This document shows positions 24,484 through 37,830 of a DNA stretch of 64,000 bases, piece by piece. The DNA is taken from positions 5,172,345-5,236,344 of the forward strand of contig JBNZDD010013730.1 of assembly GCA_050575255.1 (NCBI GenBank). Direction: 5' to 3'. Below the pieces are notes generated by a model, which saw nothing but the letters and a program-made list of their open reading frames with translations, was not told where the DNA came from and ran no database searches. The translations under genes and the position numbers were made by a program. The stretch's first letter is position 1; each line of letters begins with the position of its first letter. The DNA comes from Harriotta raleighana (lineage: Eukaryota).

Positions 24484-27400
24484 AGGTAGTTCACAAGAGA
24501 TTCACCCACTCTCTGTCCCACAATATCACTATTGCTTAAGAGTGCTCCCGACATGAAAGGCGCTACACAAATGTAATTTTCTTGTGGGGCTAACAGCATC
24601 CTCCCTCAGTGGATTTGCGATTCTAGCTGGCATTTTAGGCCTATGTTAGGACAAAACTATTCATATTATCCACTATAACTTCCAGGGAAGGGTTAATTTC
24701 CAGGAACCCATTTCACAGCACTCTATGTTACTGGAGTCAGAGAGTCTGTTCAGTGTAGTAATTGAGCTGGGGTTGAGCACTGCTGGCTCATTCATCAATT
24801 CACGTTGACAATAGAACCAGCCAGTCAAATGAAAGATAAAATCCATTCTTTGTTCACCATCCTTCATGCACTGCTGGAATATCAGGTTCCTGCCAGCCCT
24901 GCTGGGCAACATTTGCCAAGGTAAATTTACGTCATATGTCACAGCCGCGGAGTCATTGCTTCGTGAATCTCTCCCGCACTGGATTGAGTCTACTCTGGGG
25001 CTCACCACTTTGTTTCCTCCTGTTTGCCTTGCTTTCCGCAGATTAGCCTTTCGTTTTGTGTGTTAGTTGTCAGATGCTAACTGACCCAGCTGCGCATTTC
25101 TGCTTTTATTTCCAGTGTGTCAATAGGACTATGGTCCTGGAGTGTGTGCAATGTTTATCACCGTGCATTCATCAGCCTTCCGTAAAGTGAAAGCTCACTC
25201 AACTTCTTTTTATTGCTCCTTTGGGTCAGACAATACAATACAAAATTACACCTGGGTAGTCTCTTTCACGTTCGGGGGGACGTCTTAGGGCGCTGACCAC
25301 CACTTGTGGATATGACAGTATTTGCAGAATAATCACTTTGATGTAGCTACATTCACAACCCGTGGGGTGGCCTAATAGCCCACAGAGAAACTGTATCTAG
25401 GTTGCCCTCAATTATGAAATTAATCACCAGTAAAAAGATGATTTTGTAATCCTTATGAAAGGGCAATGCCCATTTTAGCCCATCCCATACTTTAGTCCAG
25501 CCTGCATTTCAGACACTCTTACAGTCCAGTTTACATTTTGGTTGACCAGAAAATAGCAATAAATAAACGCTCTCCATAGGCTCCGTGTGAAGAAATTACC
25601 ATCTCGGTGGAACAGAACAGCTGTATTTTCTAAGAGTTAAAACATTGTAGGATCACACACGTTGAAATTATATCATCCAGAAAACTGCAGCGGACACTGG
25701 CTGCTGCCTAAGAGGATTCTCTTCCCCCCTATTGGTAAGAGGTTAGGACGTTTTAAAATGTTACTGTAATGTAATTGTTCACCTCTCCATCCACTCCAGC
25801 AGAATGACAATGCCCCTTAAACAAAGATAAAGGCCATGGGGCACATTTTTATGAGGATATTAACCAGGCATCAGTTCTGGTTCACTGCAAAGCAGACAAG
25901 GTCTATGCATAAGTTGCTTAGCTTCCTGAGTGCAACATCTGGAAGCTGTATAGGAGCTAGTAAAGTTTAATATGCTGTTGAAATGGTATCAGGAACACGA
26001 AAGGTTGTGTGAGTAGAGCTCTTGATTTCCATGGCTAAAGGGAACTCCAGTGGCAGTAAGGATTGGATATATTTAATGGACACGGCCTGCAGATTTCCTG
26101 GTCCATTGTTGAGCTATCTGAAGTCAACGGGCTTTTATCATCTTGTGAAATATCTTGGAAGAACAGCTGTTCATAGAGTGAAGCGATGAATATAAATTGT
26201 GAATAAAAAGCACATGACAGTGGGGCCATTGAACATCACCAAAAGTAGCACTTTAAGTCAACAACAACAACAACAACAGAACAACTTCCAGTTTTTCCTC
26301 TATTTTGGCAGCCAGGTGCCCTGCCCACTTGGAAACTTATCACAATGCTGAGGAATCTCCACAGCAAACTACTGTGAGTTCCGGATATAAAGAGTTTGCA
26401 TTTGTCGGCTTTCTTCCTCTCCAGAAGAGACGCACTCCAATTAGGTCATTTAGTTGAAGGTTGGCAAGCGCTCAGGCTTGGGGAATCCAGAACACGCTTT
26501 GGGGGAACTGATGCAGTTTAATAACTTAGGGTGCTTCAAGGACATACCGAACCGAAGACACTCATAGTAATTTTTCCTTTATTGATTATGTTTTCAAAAC
26601 GTAACATTATGAAGCAAAGTCAAAACTGGTTTCCCTCCAAAGCAAAACAGGTGCGTGACTGCCTATATTGCCATCTCATTTCCCCTCCCGTCTCCCCTTC
26701 AAAGGGATAGAGAAAGCAAAACTAATGTGATGGCCCACTTCCCTGGCCTGTGTTCATTATACGCTGATATACTGAGGTTGTAAAATGACCACCAAGACGT
26801 AGAACGTTAGGAAAGAATAATGGATAGCTGGGAGTGACCACAAGACTGTAATCTAATCAAAAGACTATCGGGTTTCATCATAAACCACCAGAGCGAAGTT
26901 TGAGAATTTTATAACCATCATTTGAACTCCAGGATTTGATTACTGCCTTGAAATCACCTGGGATATCTATTGCTTTTTATTATTGTTTGTGTTATGGGCC
27001 TTTTTTTAAAATATTGTTTTTTGGGCTCACTGCTGTTGATTCTACGCGGTGGATGTGTGCTGACATTTACGCTGAAACATTAATAAGTGTGATATTAGGA
27101 TTGCAAGTTTATAGCTGATTTCTGGGAAATACAGTATATCTGAGGATCGTGTACAGTAGTGCACTAGGAGCAGAAAACTTTGCGTTTCTAAGATCTGGAG
27201 CAACAAATCCCAACTCTTAAAAGCAGGAGTGAAGCCTATTCAAATACTCAACTGCACCAACACTGCTATGGAAGGGATATTGTCTGTACCTTAACATTTA
27301 CAAAGTACACTTATATTTCAGTGTTTGTTTGTCTGTCGCATGCTGTTTAACAGTGAACATAGGAAAAACATAATTTCTCAGAATATTGAACATCACACAA

Positions 27401-28114
27401 TCTACAAATTTGTTCATCTGTCTCTTCAGTGTGGGAAAGGCTGGATTTATTCTTAGATTAGGCGATTCCTCTAAAGTCTTTCGGCACATAACATGACATT
27501 GAAATATCATCCAGCAAAGATTTGAGTATTTTCTAGTTTTGTAGTGTTCCTCAATATTGATATCAAATCGCAATACAGTATATCTATATACATATATTTA
27601 TATATGCCGCTGGAAGTGTGCAGAGAATATTGCAGTTCTTCCTGTGTGCACACATCACTGAAAACTGAAGCCACTCACAGCAAACAGATTCTAATTAGAA
27701 GATATTCATTTCCCCATTTGGTTGAGTGCAATTCCATATCAAGTACAAAGAGAAAAATCCAGTTCACAGCCCAACAGGTAGCTCAGAATAACATTGCAAG
27801 CGTAGAGGCCACGGGGTTAAGTTCTACAACACTATAAATGTATGGACGGCAGCAACACCATCAAAACCAGCTTTGATCGTTTGAAACAAACGCCCTTCAC
27901 AAAAGGAATCTATTACTGAATCACTGATAAGTATATTGGACATAATAACAGGGATTTAGGGTTTTACTGTACTGTACATGCATTAGCAGTGCTCAAGGAT
28001 TGATTATTTAAGTAAGCCAATGGCAAGTTTTTCTCTATCCATAAAAACAACAGAGATTACTGTACACTCATTGATAAATTACAAGAATCACAACAGCATT
28101 CACTAAATTTTCAT

Positions 28115-28412
28115 GGAGCTCTGTAGCTCAATGGTTAGAGTAGTCACCTTGCAAACAGGATCACGGTTCGATTCCAGGCAGGGCGAAACCTTGGGCAAGT
28201 TTCCTTACTCCACATGCCTAATAATCCTCAAAAAAATATAATTTGGTCACTCAATCCATGACTGTTTGTGGGATACTGCTGTGAGCAATTGGTCGGGTTT
28301 TGCCCACGAATGTACAGTCAATTCATGATACGTTATAGTATATTCTGTAAATTGCTTTGAGACGTCTAGAATACGTGAAAAATGTTATATTAAATGCAGG
28401 GATCATTATAAT
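28115..28412 (+). mobile_element. SINE family 1, full copy
   Basis: A and B boxes, core and 3' tail. Confidence 0.87.
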
Positions 28413-29476
28413 CTTTTGCGATGGCAAACTAAAACTCTGATAACCAAAAAATATATATAAATGATTCACTCCTCTATATCTGTGATTTGATCCTTAGTAT
28501 CTGAGTATCTGCCATAACTCCAGCTTCTGTTGAGACCTTGCAATCGCTCTGCTCTATTGCCAAAACCTGCCAGCTTTGCCTAGATAAATCCCTGGGATTA
28601 TTCAATTTTGCGTTCTTTTCACTCTGATCTTCTCGATGTCCTAAAATCTTTGGTCAGCTCATCAAAATAGGCATGTGCACATGGCTGCCATGTTTGTGAC
28701 TCCGTTGCTGTCCCGTCACTTGTATACACACAAGAAAAGTAGTTTGCTTGCATTATAAACTTTTAACATTAATGGCTTCAAACTGCTGAAAACCAATACA
28801 ACTGGGAAAACCAATTCCAAGATGCCCAATACTGCTGTGTTTTACAATACAAATCACATTTGGAGAGTGCCTTTCAAGTCCAGAGGAAGTTTTCAAGCAA
28901 TGGTTCACTAAAATCACCAGTTCCTTTCAAATGTCAACAATCAATCAACTAATGTCCCAGTTCCTACATGTACTAATTTCACCTATACATCAGATTTTAA
29001 CAGTGTTTAATGGGAGCTATGAGCTAGGCTGCCTCCATGACTACTTGGCTACTTCCTACCTAGGCTAACTTTTGGGAGGAATTCTGTCCCTCTGAAAGGA
29101 AAAAATGAATCCCTTTTGTGTGCTGATATGAACAGATATTGAGAGTATCTGAGAGACATTGTATGAAAATTCATTCTCTCCAACCCCCCACCTGTTCTCA
29201 TGCACTACTGGGATGGCAGTAATGAAGGGGAAAATGAGCACACACACAAAAAAAAAGCAAGATCAACACTTTTTGCTTGTATAACTGAGTAAGATTACTT
29301 AATTAGATACGCAGTGGGTAATCTGAAAATGAGTGGTTAAGTGCGGTGGCATGTTATTCCTCGATTTAATGTTAATGATATACTTACTCAGACTTGAAGA
29401 GATGCTAATGAGAGGATAATCAAACCTAATTGTAAGTATTAAACTGTTTTGCTGTCTTTCTGAACTTGTTTGGCAG

Positions 29477-29637
29477 GTTTTGGACATCGTAAGAACAAAC
29501 GTCCGCTCCATCCTTCAGCGAATGTGGAACATTCACGATGTGGACAACTTACGGTTATATCGGATCTTTAATCGGGTTTTTAACCGCTTGCTCTGGAGCC
29601 ATGGGCAAGGTCTATGGAACTGTTTCTCGGCTTCAGG
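29477..29637 (+). CDS. TTLL7: TTLL7 exon K: VLDIVRTNVRSILQRMWNIHDVDNLRLYRIFNRVFNRLLWSHGQGLWNCFSAS(G)
   Basis: ggcag|GTT acceptor and gtaggt donor; 161 nt, phase 0/2. Contains LYRIFNRVFNRLLWS.GQGLWNCF. Confidence 0.96.
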
Positions 29638-30407
29638 GTAGGTGTTAGTGACATAGTAGTGTTCCCAGGGCCTCATGTAAACATTGCATTGACAAGAAGC
29701 AGCCTGCCTAGACAGGGAAAATTATTGAGGTGCACGTATACTTAATAGAAAAATAGAACCCATTCAAGGTCAGATACATGTGATGACGGGCATCAGTCAG
29801 TGGAAATTTCTCCTGTTTTGATAAACTATTTGGATTAAACTGAACACAATGTCTGTGTGTGGGTGTGGGTGGGGGGGGGTCAAGCTCAAAAAACAAATCC
29901 TTTGCAATGTACCTTTTGAAATCTGGCATTAATGTCCTAGAAAAACCTCTGAAGTCCTCTGATATGTTGTCCATGGGAAGGAGAGGTTGAGGGCTGCTAC
30001 CTATCCAGGCTTGGACTAGCTACAGTATTATGTTAGTAGGTGCCATGATTAGCAATTTAGAAGCGTAAAGCAGACAACACCACAATATTCAGGATCTTTC
30101 AATTAGAAATCTGTTTTTCTCTGCCATTCAATTTGGTTTTGAGACAGAGATATTAGCTCTTGTGGTTTGCGATGCACTTTCCCAAATGCCCAAAACAGAG
30201 AAATCATCCGAATTTAAGGCATAATCTCAACCCGGGACCATCGAAATAATTGTGACAATAAGTAATCAAGACATGGATATTGGGGTTCATAAGTCATCAA
30301 AAAGTGCTTTATTTTTGGTCCTTTCCTTACTCTTTGGGCATTTATTCCATCAAATATTGTATAGAAGTCAACTGGGCCCAGTTCTGTGCCTCATTATGAC
30401 AACCAGT

Positions 30408-30693
30408 GGTGTCCTGAAGATCACTCGCCCTGCAAGCAAGAGACCTGGGTTCTATTCCTGACATGCTGAAACCTTGAGCAAGTTTCCTTACTCCACACGC
30501 CTGATAATAAACCCTCAAGAAAAAATGGTCACTCAATCCACGACTGTTTGTGGGACACTGCTGTGTGCAATTGGCTGCCACTTTTCGCCACAAACATACA
30601 GTCAATTTACTTTACAGTATATTTTGTGAAGCGCTTTGAGGCCTGTAGAAGACATGAAAAGTGCTATGTCAAATGCAAGGATTATTATTATTA
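30408..30693 (+). mobile_element. SINE family 1 copy with a MITE inserted in its (TTA)n tail
   Basis: Core and tail match the family; the tail resumes at 31317. Confidence 0.85.
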
Positions 30694-31316
30694 TAGTAAA
30701 AGCCCATTCATCAGGCACCCACAGGACCTGGCCAGTGGCGGTTAAACAGTTTTCCGTTTATTTATTTTTTATTAATATGGTATGTGTTAAAATAATAAAA
30801 ATTATAAATAATATTAATAATATACTAAATAATAACAGATAATAACAATATTGTCTGGGTATTTTATTGTAAATGTTATACACCATACCATATAAATAAT
30901 AGAGTAAATACAGTAATAACAGATATTGTAATAACAGAATATTGTATGGCTACTTTATTGTATATGTTGAACAATACTATATGAATAATAGACTAAATAC
31001 ATCAATAACAGATACTATAATAACAGAATATTGTATTAGTACTTTATTATTTACACTTAACTTCACAATGGCGGCCCCCACGGAGGAAAAAAAAACGGCA
31101 GCATCACGACTTTTAAAAGGAGCAGGAGCGAGTTTAGACTTGACTAGAGGCCAGCCGAGTCCCTGCACCAGTACTCGCATACGACAATCGATGCATTAAA
31201 TGCGTCATCACTATGCTGCCGGATAACTTCCGGTTTATCGAATCAGGACTTTTTTTGAGGTTCCGTTTCAACCGGGTTTCCGGTTCATCGAGTCACGGAT
31301 AAATGGGCTTTTACTG
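30694..31316 (-). mobile_element. Tigger/pogo-like non-autonomous DNA transposon (MITE)
   Basis: TIRs (C/T)AGTAAAAGCCCATT.ATC ... GATAAATGGGCTTTTACTG, flanked by TA on both sides. Reverse-complement homolog of 57670-58219. No ORF. Confidence 0.85.
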
Positions 31317-32910
31317 TATTATTAACCAAGCTAAGACATCAGAGCAGTAATACCTGCATTTCCTATTCACTTAGAATGTGTAGCAGGGAGAGAGTGGAGA
31401 AATTTCAACAGAGGCTGCACACAGCCCTCTGATTTACACGGCGTTCCACCATTACACCCAGATCACATTACACTGTGGTCTTTTAAAGCTAAAAGATGAT
31501 TAAAACAAATCCATTAACTGAAAGCTTGAGAGCAGACACCGAAACCTCCAAATGAATTTCATCTGGCGTCGGATGCTTTAATTTATAATTGCCAGCACTC
31601 TGGCATGTCTTTCTTTACCTAAAAATAAACTCCTCACAGTGACTGAAATGTTCAGATGGTTTTATCTGACAGAATCTAGGGAGGTACCATGGCAAATGTG
31701 GGTCTTCATTTCTGACATCTGCAGTGCATTCATATTTTTATATACGCAAACGGATGTGGATTTTAAGAGTTCCAGTGAAAATGCACTTTGAAGGAATTAA
31801 TTTCTGCAAAAAGCTTATTTCCAGTAAAGACGGGAATCCCACAGTACACAAAACTATTTCATATCAGCATTTGGCAAATGAGTAATTCGCCTGTTTACAG
31901 CCACTGTCATTAAATTCTTTACAACTGCTTTGTTGGAAACTCGCTAACAAAAGAACCCATATATGCCAATTGAGCTACTAAACTTCGCTCTGATATTTTC
32001 TGAGGTGTCCCCACAGTTCAATTGATCAAACAATTCAGACATTGGATGAAATGTTACAATTCCTAGTGCCTTCAGAGGCAATAGTGTACACGGGCACAAA
32101 AGCGACATTTTATTGCAATCAAAAGCTTTCCCAGTGGGTTGTGTAAGTACAGTACTATACTGTGAATTCAAATCTGCAAGTAAAAAGGAAGGAATTAGAT
32201 AACAATTTGACAATAAATCAGTAGAAATACAACAGACCGATAACGACCATCGTTTGTGGTTCACCAAATAAAAAACGGGATATTTCCATGTTTTCTAGAG
32301 TCCCAAAAACAGTAGACATCAGAGGAAACATATTTTTAAACACTTAAAGGGTAATTTGAATTTAATTTGGGGGGGATACCCAGATAAATAGTCCTTCAGG
32401 TAGATGAAGTGTACGATTCTTTTTAAACTTCGGGATCATTCAGGTGGATTATAATGACCTTTTTCGGTCCTATCTGTTCTTACATGTTATTTTCAGGGGG
32501 CAGGAGGCACTTCTGGCTCTGCTGCCTTGATGATATAAGACAGCCAAACTGCAAAATGTTGGCTGGTGATTGGCTAGAAGTCACGTTCAGAATTTTTACG
32601 CTCCATGCTTTAATAAAATAGAGCTCAGAAAAATTGGTCATGAAAAAGCATTTTCCACAGATATGAATCAGGATTAACTTTTTCAGACTTTTATCCGTCC
32701 ATTTGTCAGCATTGCATTGTAAACTCAGGTCACACACTGTGGAGTTGGATTGTCTGAATGGCTTTTAATAGCTTGAAGCCATACGTTGTTTTGCTATAAG
32801 TGCCATTCTTAGAACTGTGTTATTTTTGCAATGCTATTAAAGTGCTAGTCTGTAACACCGTGACATTTAACAGATAATACACGAGGCGATGTCTGTTTCT
32901 ATGCCAACAG

Positions 32911-33084
32911 GAGCTCCTGGGAAACAATTTTCAGCAAAAGCACAGAGGTGATCACTTCTCAGGAACTACAGTGTTGTCACAGACTGGTGCAGCTTTGCAA
33001 AGACTGCCTACTAGTGGTTTACAGATTTGCAGCAGATTCCAGGGGCACTTTTCCCACTCTCAATGCGGAGTGGGAAGAGAGCAG
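32911..33084 (+). CDS. TTLL7: TTLL7 exon L: SSWETIFSKSTEVITSQELQCCHRLVQLCKDCLLVVYRFAADSRGTFPTLNAEWEES(R)
   Basis: aacag|G acceptor and gttaga donor; 174 nt, phase 2/2. Confidence 0.95.
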
Positions 33085-33779
33085 GTTAGACTCTTTTCAG
33101 CCTACTCTTGTTTTACGCCGCGTGCACTCAGCCATTCATTCACTGTGGATTTGGCAAGCTTCGGAAAACATAGCTTCTAGATGGAAAATCAGCATGTCGT
33201 TACTTGTCCGCCCTGACTAGTGGTTGTTTTGCATCTAAATATTTGGGAGTTTGGGAAATTAAATCAAATTTGATATCCAAAATAGACAACGAAAAATCAC
33301 ATTAAACTAAATTAAATTGAATCAATTAAAATCACATTAAATTAAATTTGATGTAGCTGGTGCTCATAGACTCCCATCAAATTAAAAACAATATATAGCA
33401 TGGAAAGTTTGAACTGAACTCAAAAACCCCTCCTTCACATCAGACGCTTGACCTGAGTGACAAGATAAGAGATTAGCAGAGCTCTGTGTAAGCGTATGTG
33501 TTTGATGTTCTGTTATTCCCTCCACATCTTCGTACTTGCCCAGCTATTTGTCCTGCACAATCCATAAATCTTTAATGTGGCCTTTCCCAGTGTCTGATCC
33601 TTGTCTTGTTAGCCTTCCCATTTCTTTTCAGCAATAGCTCATTAGTAAATCCTTTACTTCACTCTACCACTAAAAACTCAGTCTTTTAACATTGAATAAA
33701 AAATTGACATGAAATTCTTTCCTGATATCCTCTTTATTAATACTTACATCACCAATGTTCCTCGCCTACTTTCACTGCA

Positions 33780-33813
33780 CAGCTATGAGAGTTCTACAGA
33801 ACTCTCATAGCTG
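33780..33813. repeat. Perfect 16-bp inverted repeat with a 2-nt spacer
   Basis: CAGCTATGAGAGTTCT ac AGAACTCTCATAGCTG. Confidence 0.95.
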
Positions 33814-34597
33814 ATTTCAGCCTTTTCCGAATTTGTATAATGTGCATGGCAATTGACAGTAGATAGAGTGGAATGGCATCAGAGAGGGATATTTAGGTGA
33901 ATTCAAGCAAACAAGTCGTAAACACAGACATTTAGGAACAAATATTGTAATGCATGGAGGTTTCAGAGACCACTAAGGGTTATGGATCTATTCCAAACTA
34001 TTAGACAACCAAGAACTGTAGATGCATGCCTCTTCCCCTTCCGTATGAATACCATTGCCCTAAATGTTAAGACATTTTAGATTCATTCTCACCTACTGCT
34101 TTCTGACCCATTAGATTGCTGTGTGTACGAATACTACATGTACACTGTGACTTTGACGATAAACTGCTGTAATATCATCATATGCTTTACTTCCAAATGT
34201 GCAGTATAAATGGAAATTGAATTAGGTAGCTGGAGCCGGGCTTCTGCAGGAAGTGGTGTGAGTAGTGTAATTTTCAGTGCAAATGCATGATTATGAGTTT
34301 ACACTGGGCTCTCTCCCACGAGGCCGCTTGAAGTCTAGTCGGAGATCTCATATGTTCCATTGAAAGGCTCACTAATTTTAAACATTTCTGAGTGAGGCTT
34401 GAAACTTTTCTAAGTGTCTAACACTAATGTTCATTTCTTATTCAGCAATGCATTCTTTGTTTCAATCTTTTCCATCCGTATTAGGGGACTCTTCAAATAT
34501 AGATTCTTAGAAACATAGATACAACAACAACAACAACAACAAAATTACATTTATAGAGCGCGTTTCACGTCAGGAGGACGTCCCAAGGCGCTGGACA

Positions 34598-37500
34598 GAT
34601 GATTTAAGATACACACCCAAATACATGCACAATGTGATATATACATACACACACATGCACAATGAACAGCAATGAAGAGAAACATATCCTAATATCAAAC
34701 CAGGGGACCATGAATAATTATAGTCTTTTGCTTGAGGTCCAAAGACCATTTATGTTCCAGATAGTGGACTTTCATTCTGCAATTTGATGAAAGAGTAAAA
34801 CAATTTTATCCCAGTGAGCTCTATCGAAAGCTTTTTCTAAATCCACAAAGCTGATCTGTACGTATTTTACATGTTTTTCTATATCCTGTTTAAGAGGAGT
34901 CTTCATATCCCTTGTTACTCCTAAATCCACACTGTTCCCTCTGTAGCTTATCTTCTGTAATTTTGTTTGGACTTGTATTTCTAAATTGCTACCGTACACT
35001 TTCCTTAGTTCACTAAGAAGACTGATCCCGTATAATTGTTATCTTTCAGTTAACTTGGGAGGGTTTATTTCAAGTAATGAAGCCATGCTCGAGCAGTGGG
35101 CATTTACTCTGAACTTGAGCTTTTCCTAATTTTATGTACCCAATAGATTTTGTTCTCACTGCATAATCTCAAATATATTGGCTCAAGTTCGTCTATTCTT
35201 GGATGTTTGCCATTTTTGAAGCTGCCTATAATTTATTGAATTCCTGCAAAGGTTATCGCTTCTACAGCTCAATCCTTATTGTTGAATTATATCCACTGGA
35301 ATCCAATGCTTCTTGGTGGTGCGGTATTTGTGTTTATTCAGTCATCTCAATTTTATCTAAAATCAATGTTTTTTTTCATGACAGGCTAAAAATAATTTTA
35401 GCCTGTCCAAGGAGAGGACAGTCTTTTTTTATTATTCCTAACCCATCTATGCATACTTTCTCTTCGTATATCTCAACCCATCTTTCTAGAAACTGGTAGT
35501 GAGGTCGAAACCGCCTGTTCCAGTCCTGTACGTTCCCATATTTCTAAAACTCTCTCATCCATCTGAAATATTGGAACATTTGAAATAATATCTCCATCTC
35601 AAAAAGTATCTGTTCAATGAACGCACCTGGGTTTCCTGTTTGTGCTAGGACTTAGAAAAATGTATTGTTCTTTGCATACATCAAATTTACTTGCTCAATC
35701 ACTTCTGTACTATTCTTCCCCGCTGGCTTGGTTTGCTGTTTTATTCATTTCTTGCTGAGAATAAGGTATTTATTCCACCTTGCTCACTGTCTAGGACAGC
35801 TGCTTATTCTTTATCATGCTGTTTTACTGGGTTCTCCTCGTCACACACCAATCTTTAATAACACCTCAAATTATACCTTTTAAAACTGATCCTGTTTGTG
35901 AGTACAGTATAATGAGGTGTAAATAAGAGCTGATCTATAATTTACCTTATATTTAAAACCAGTTTTGAACTCTTAAGTTCATAGCCTCGGTTGAAAGTAC
36001 TGAGGTTAGTGCTGCATTCTATGAATTGCTGTCATTCAGCGAAAAGTTAATCCAATGTCCTGTGTAGGTGGATGAAAAAATCCTGTGGTATGATTCGAAA
36101 AGAGAAAGGAATTTTTCTTGCTTTCCTGGCTAACAAATCCCCCCAACTTAATTTTTTTTTACTTCATTNGATGATTTAAGATACACACCCAAATACATGC
36201 ACAATGTGATATATACATACACACACATGCACAATGAACAGCAATGAAGAGAAACATATCCTAATATCAAACCAGGGGACCATGAATAATTATAGTCTTT
36301 TGCTTGAGGTCCAAAGACCATTTATGTTCCAGATAGTGGACTTTCATTCTGCAATTTGATGAAAGAGTAAAACAATTTTATCCCAGTGAGCTCTATCGAA
36401 AGCTTTTTCTAAATCCACAAAGCTGATCTGTACGTATTTTACATGTTTTTCTATATCCTGTTTAAGAGGAGTCTTCATATCCCTTGTTACTCCTAAATCC
36501 ACACTGTTCCCTCTGTAGCTTATCTTCTGTAATTTTGTTTGGACTTGTATTTCTAAATTGCTACCGTACACTTTCCTTAGTTCACTAAGAAGACTGATCC
36601 CGTATAATTGTTATCTTTCAGTTAACTTGGGAGGGTTTATTTCAAGTAATGAAGCCATGCTCGAGCAGTGGGCATTTACTCTGAACTTGAGCTTTTCCTA
36701 ATTTTATGTACCCAATAGATTTTGTTCTCACTGCATAATCTCAAATATATTGGCTCAAGTTCGTCTATTCTTGGATGTTTGCCATTTTTGAAGCTGCCTA
36801 TAATTTATTGAATTCCTGCAAAGGTTATCGCTTCTACAGCTCAATCCTTATTGTTGAATTATATCCACTGGAATCCAATGCTTCTTGGTGGTGCGGTATT
36901 TGTGTTTATTCAGTCATCTCAATTTTATCTAAAATCAATGTTTTTTTTCATGACAGGCTAAAAATAATTTTAGCCTGTCCAAGGAGAGGACAGTCTTTTT
37001 TTTATTATTCCTAACCCATCTATGCATACTTTCTCTTCGTATATCTCAACCCATCTTTCTAGTAACTGGTAGTGAGGTCGAAACCGCCTGTTCCAGTCCT
37101 GTACGTTCCCATATTTCTAAAACTCTCTCATCCATCTGAAATATTGGAACATTTGAAATAATATCTCCATCTCAAAAAGTATCTGTTCAATGAACGCACC
37201 TGGGTTTCCTGTTTGTGCTAGGACTTAGAAAAATGTATTGTTCTTTGCATACATCAAATTTACTTGCTCAATCACTTCTGTACTATTCTTCCCCGCTGGC
37301 TTGGTTTGCTGTTTTATTCATTTCTTGCTGAGAATAAGGTATTTATTCCACCTTGCTCGCTGTCTAGGACAGCTGCTTATTCTTTATCATGCTGTTTTAC
37401 TGGGTTCTCCTCGTCACACACCAATCTTTAATAACACCTCAAATTATACCTTTTAGAACTGATCCTGTTTGTGAGTACAGTATAATGAGGTGTAAATAGG

Positions 37501-37741
37501 AGCTGATCTATAATTTACCTTATATTTAAAACCAGTTTTGAACTCTTAAGTTCATAGCCTCGGTTGAAAGTACTGAGGTTAGTGCTGCATTCTGTGAATT
37601 GCTGTCATTCAGCGAAAAGTTAATCCAATGTCCTGTGTAGGTGGATGAAAAAATCCTGTGGTATGATTCGAAAAGAGAAAGGAATTTTTCTTGCTTTCCT
37701 GGCTAACAAATCCCCCCAACTTAATTTTTTTTTACTTCATT
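34598..37741. repeat. About 1.57-kb duplication across a single n (36169); probable assembly overlap
   Basis: Near-identical copies with about 5 substitutions and a poly-T length difference. Confidence 0.9.
34720..35780 (-). mobile_element. RTE-clade LINE ORF fragment (repeated at about 36290-37350 by the assembly overlap)
   Basis: The minus strand gives 'NYTGISLLSELRKVY' and 'ISFVDLEKAFDRAHW', matching the RTE RT motifs YRGISLLS..GKV and F(I/V)DLEKAFD.V. Confidence 0.75.
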
Positions 37742-37830
37742 ACTTTTGTGAGATATTGCTGTGTCCTATGAAGCGCTCTGAGACGCCATCTGGCATGGAG
37801 GGTGCTATATAAATCGAAGTTGCTGTTGTT
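37555..37830 (+). mobile_element. Deu-domain SINE (AmnSINE1/SacSINE1-like), decayed
   Basis: 'agtactgagg..agtgctgcat...gtaggtggatgaaaaaatcc.gtgg.a.gattcgaaaagag' resembles the recalled Deu core; L2-like tail at 37770-37830. Partial duplicate at about 35985-36168. Confidence 0.6.

Noticed and set aside
26260-26600. Possible minus-strand LINE 3' end with an (AAC)n tail
   Set aside because: No diagnostic motif could be recovered, so I left it unassigned.
34772-37456. Duplicated small ORFs (75, 98/79 and 72 aa) suggesting a gene pair
   Set aside because: They come from a decayed RTE LINE repeated by an assembly overlap.
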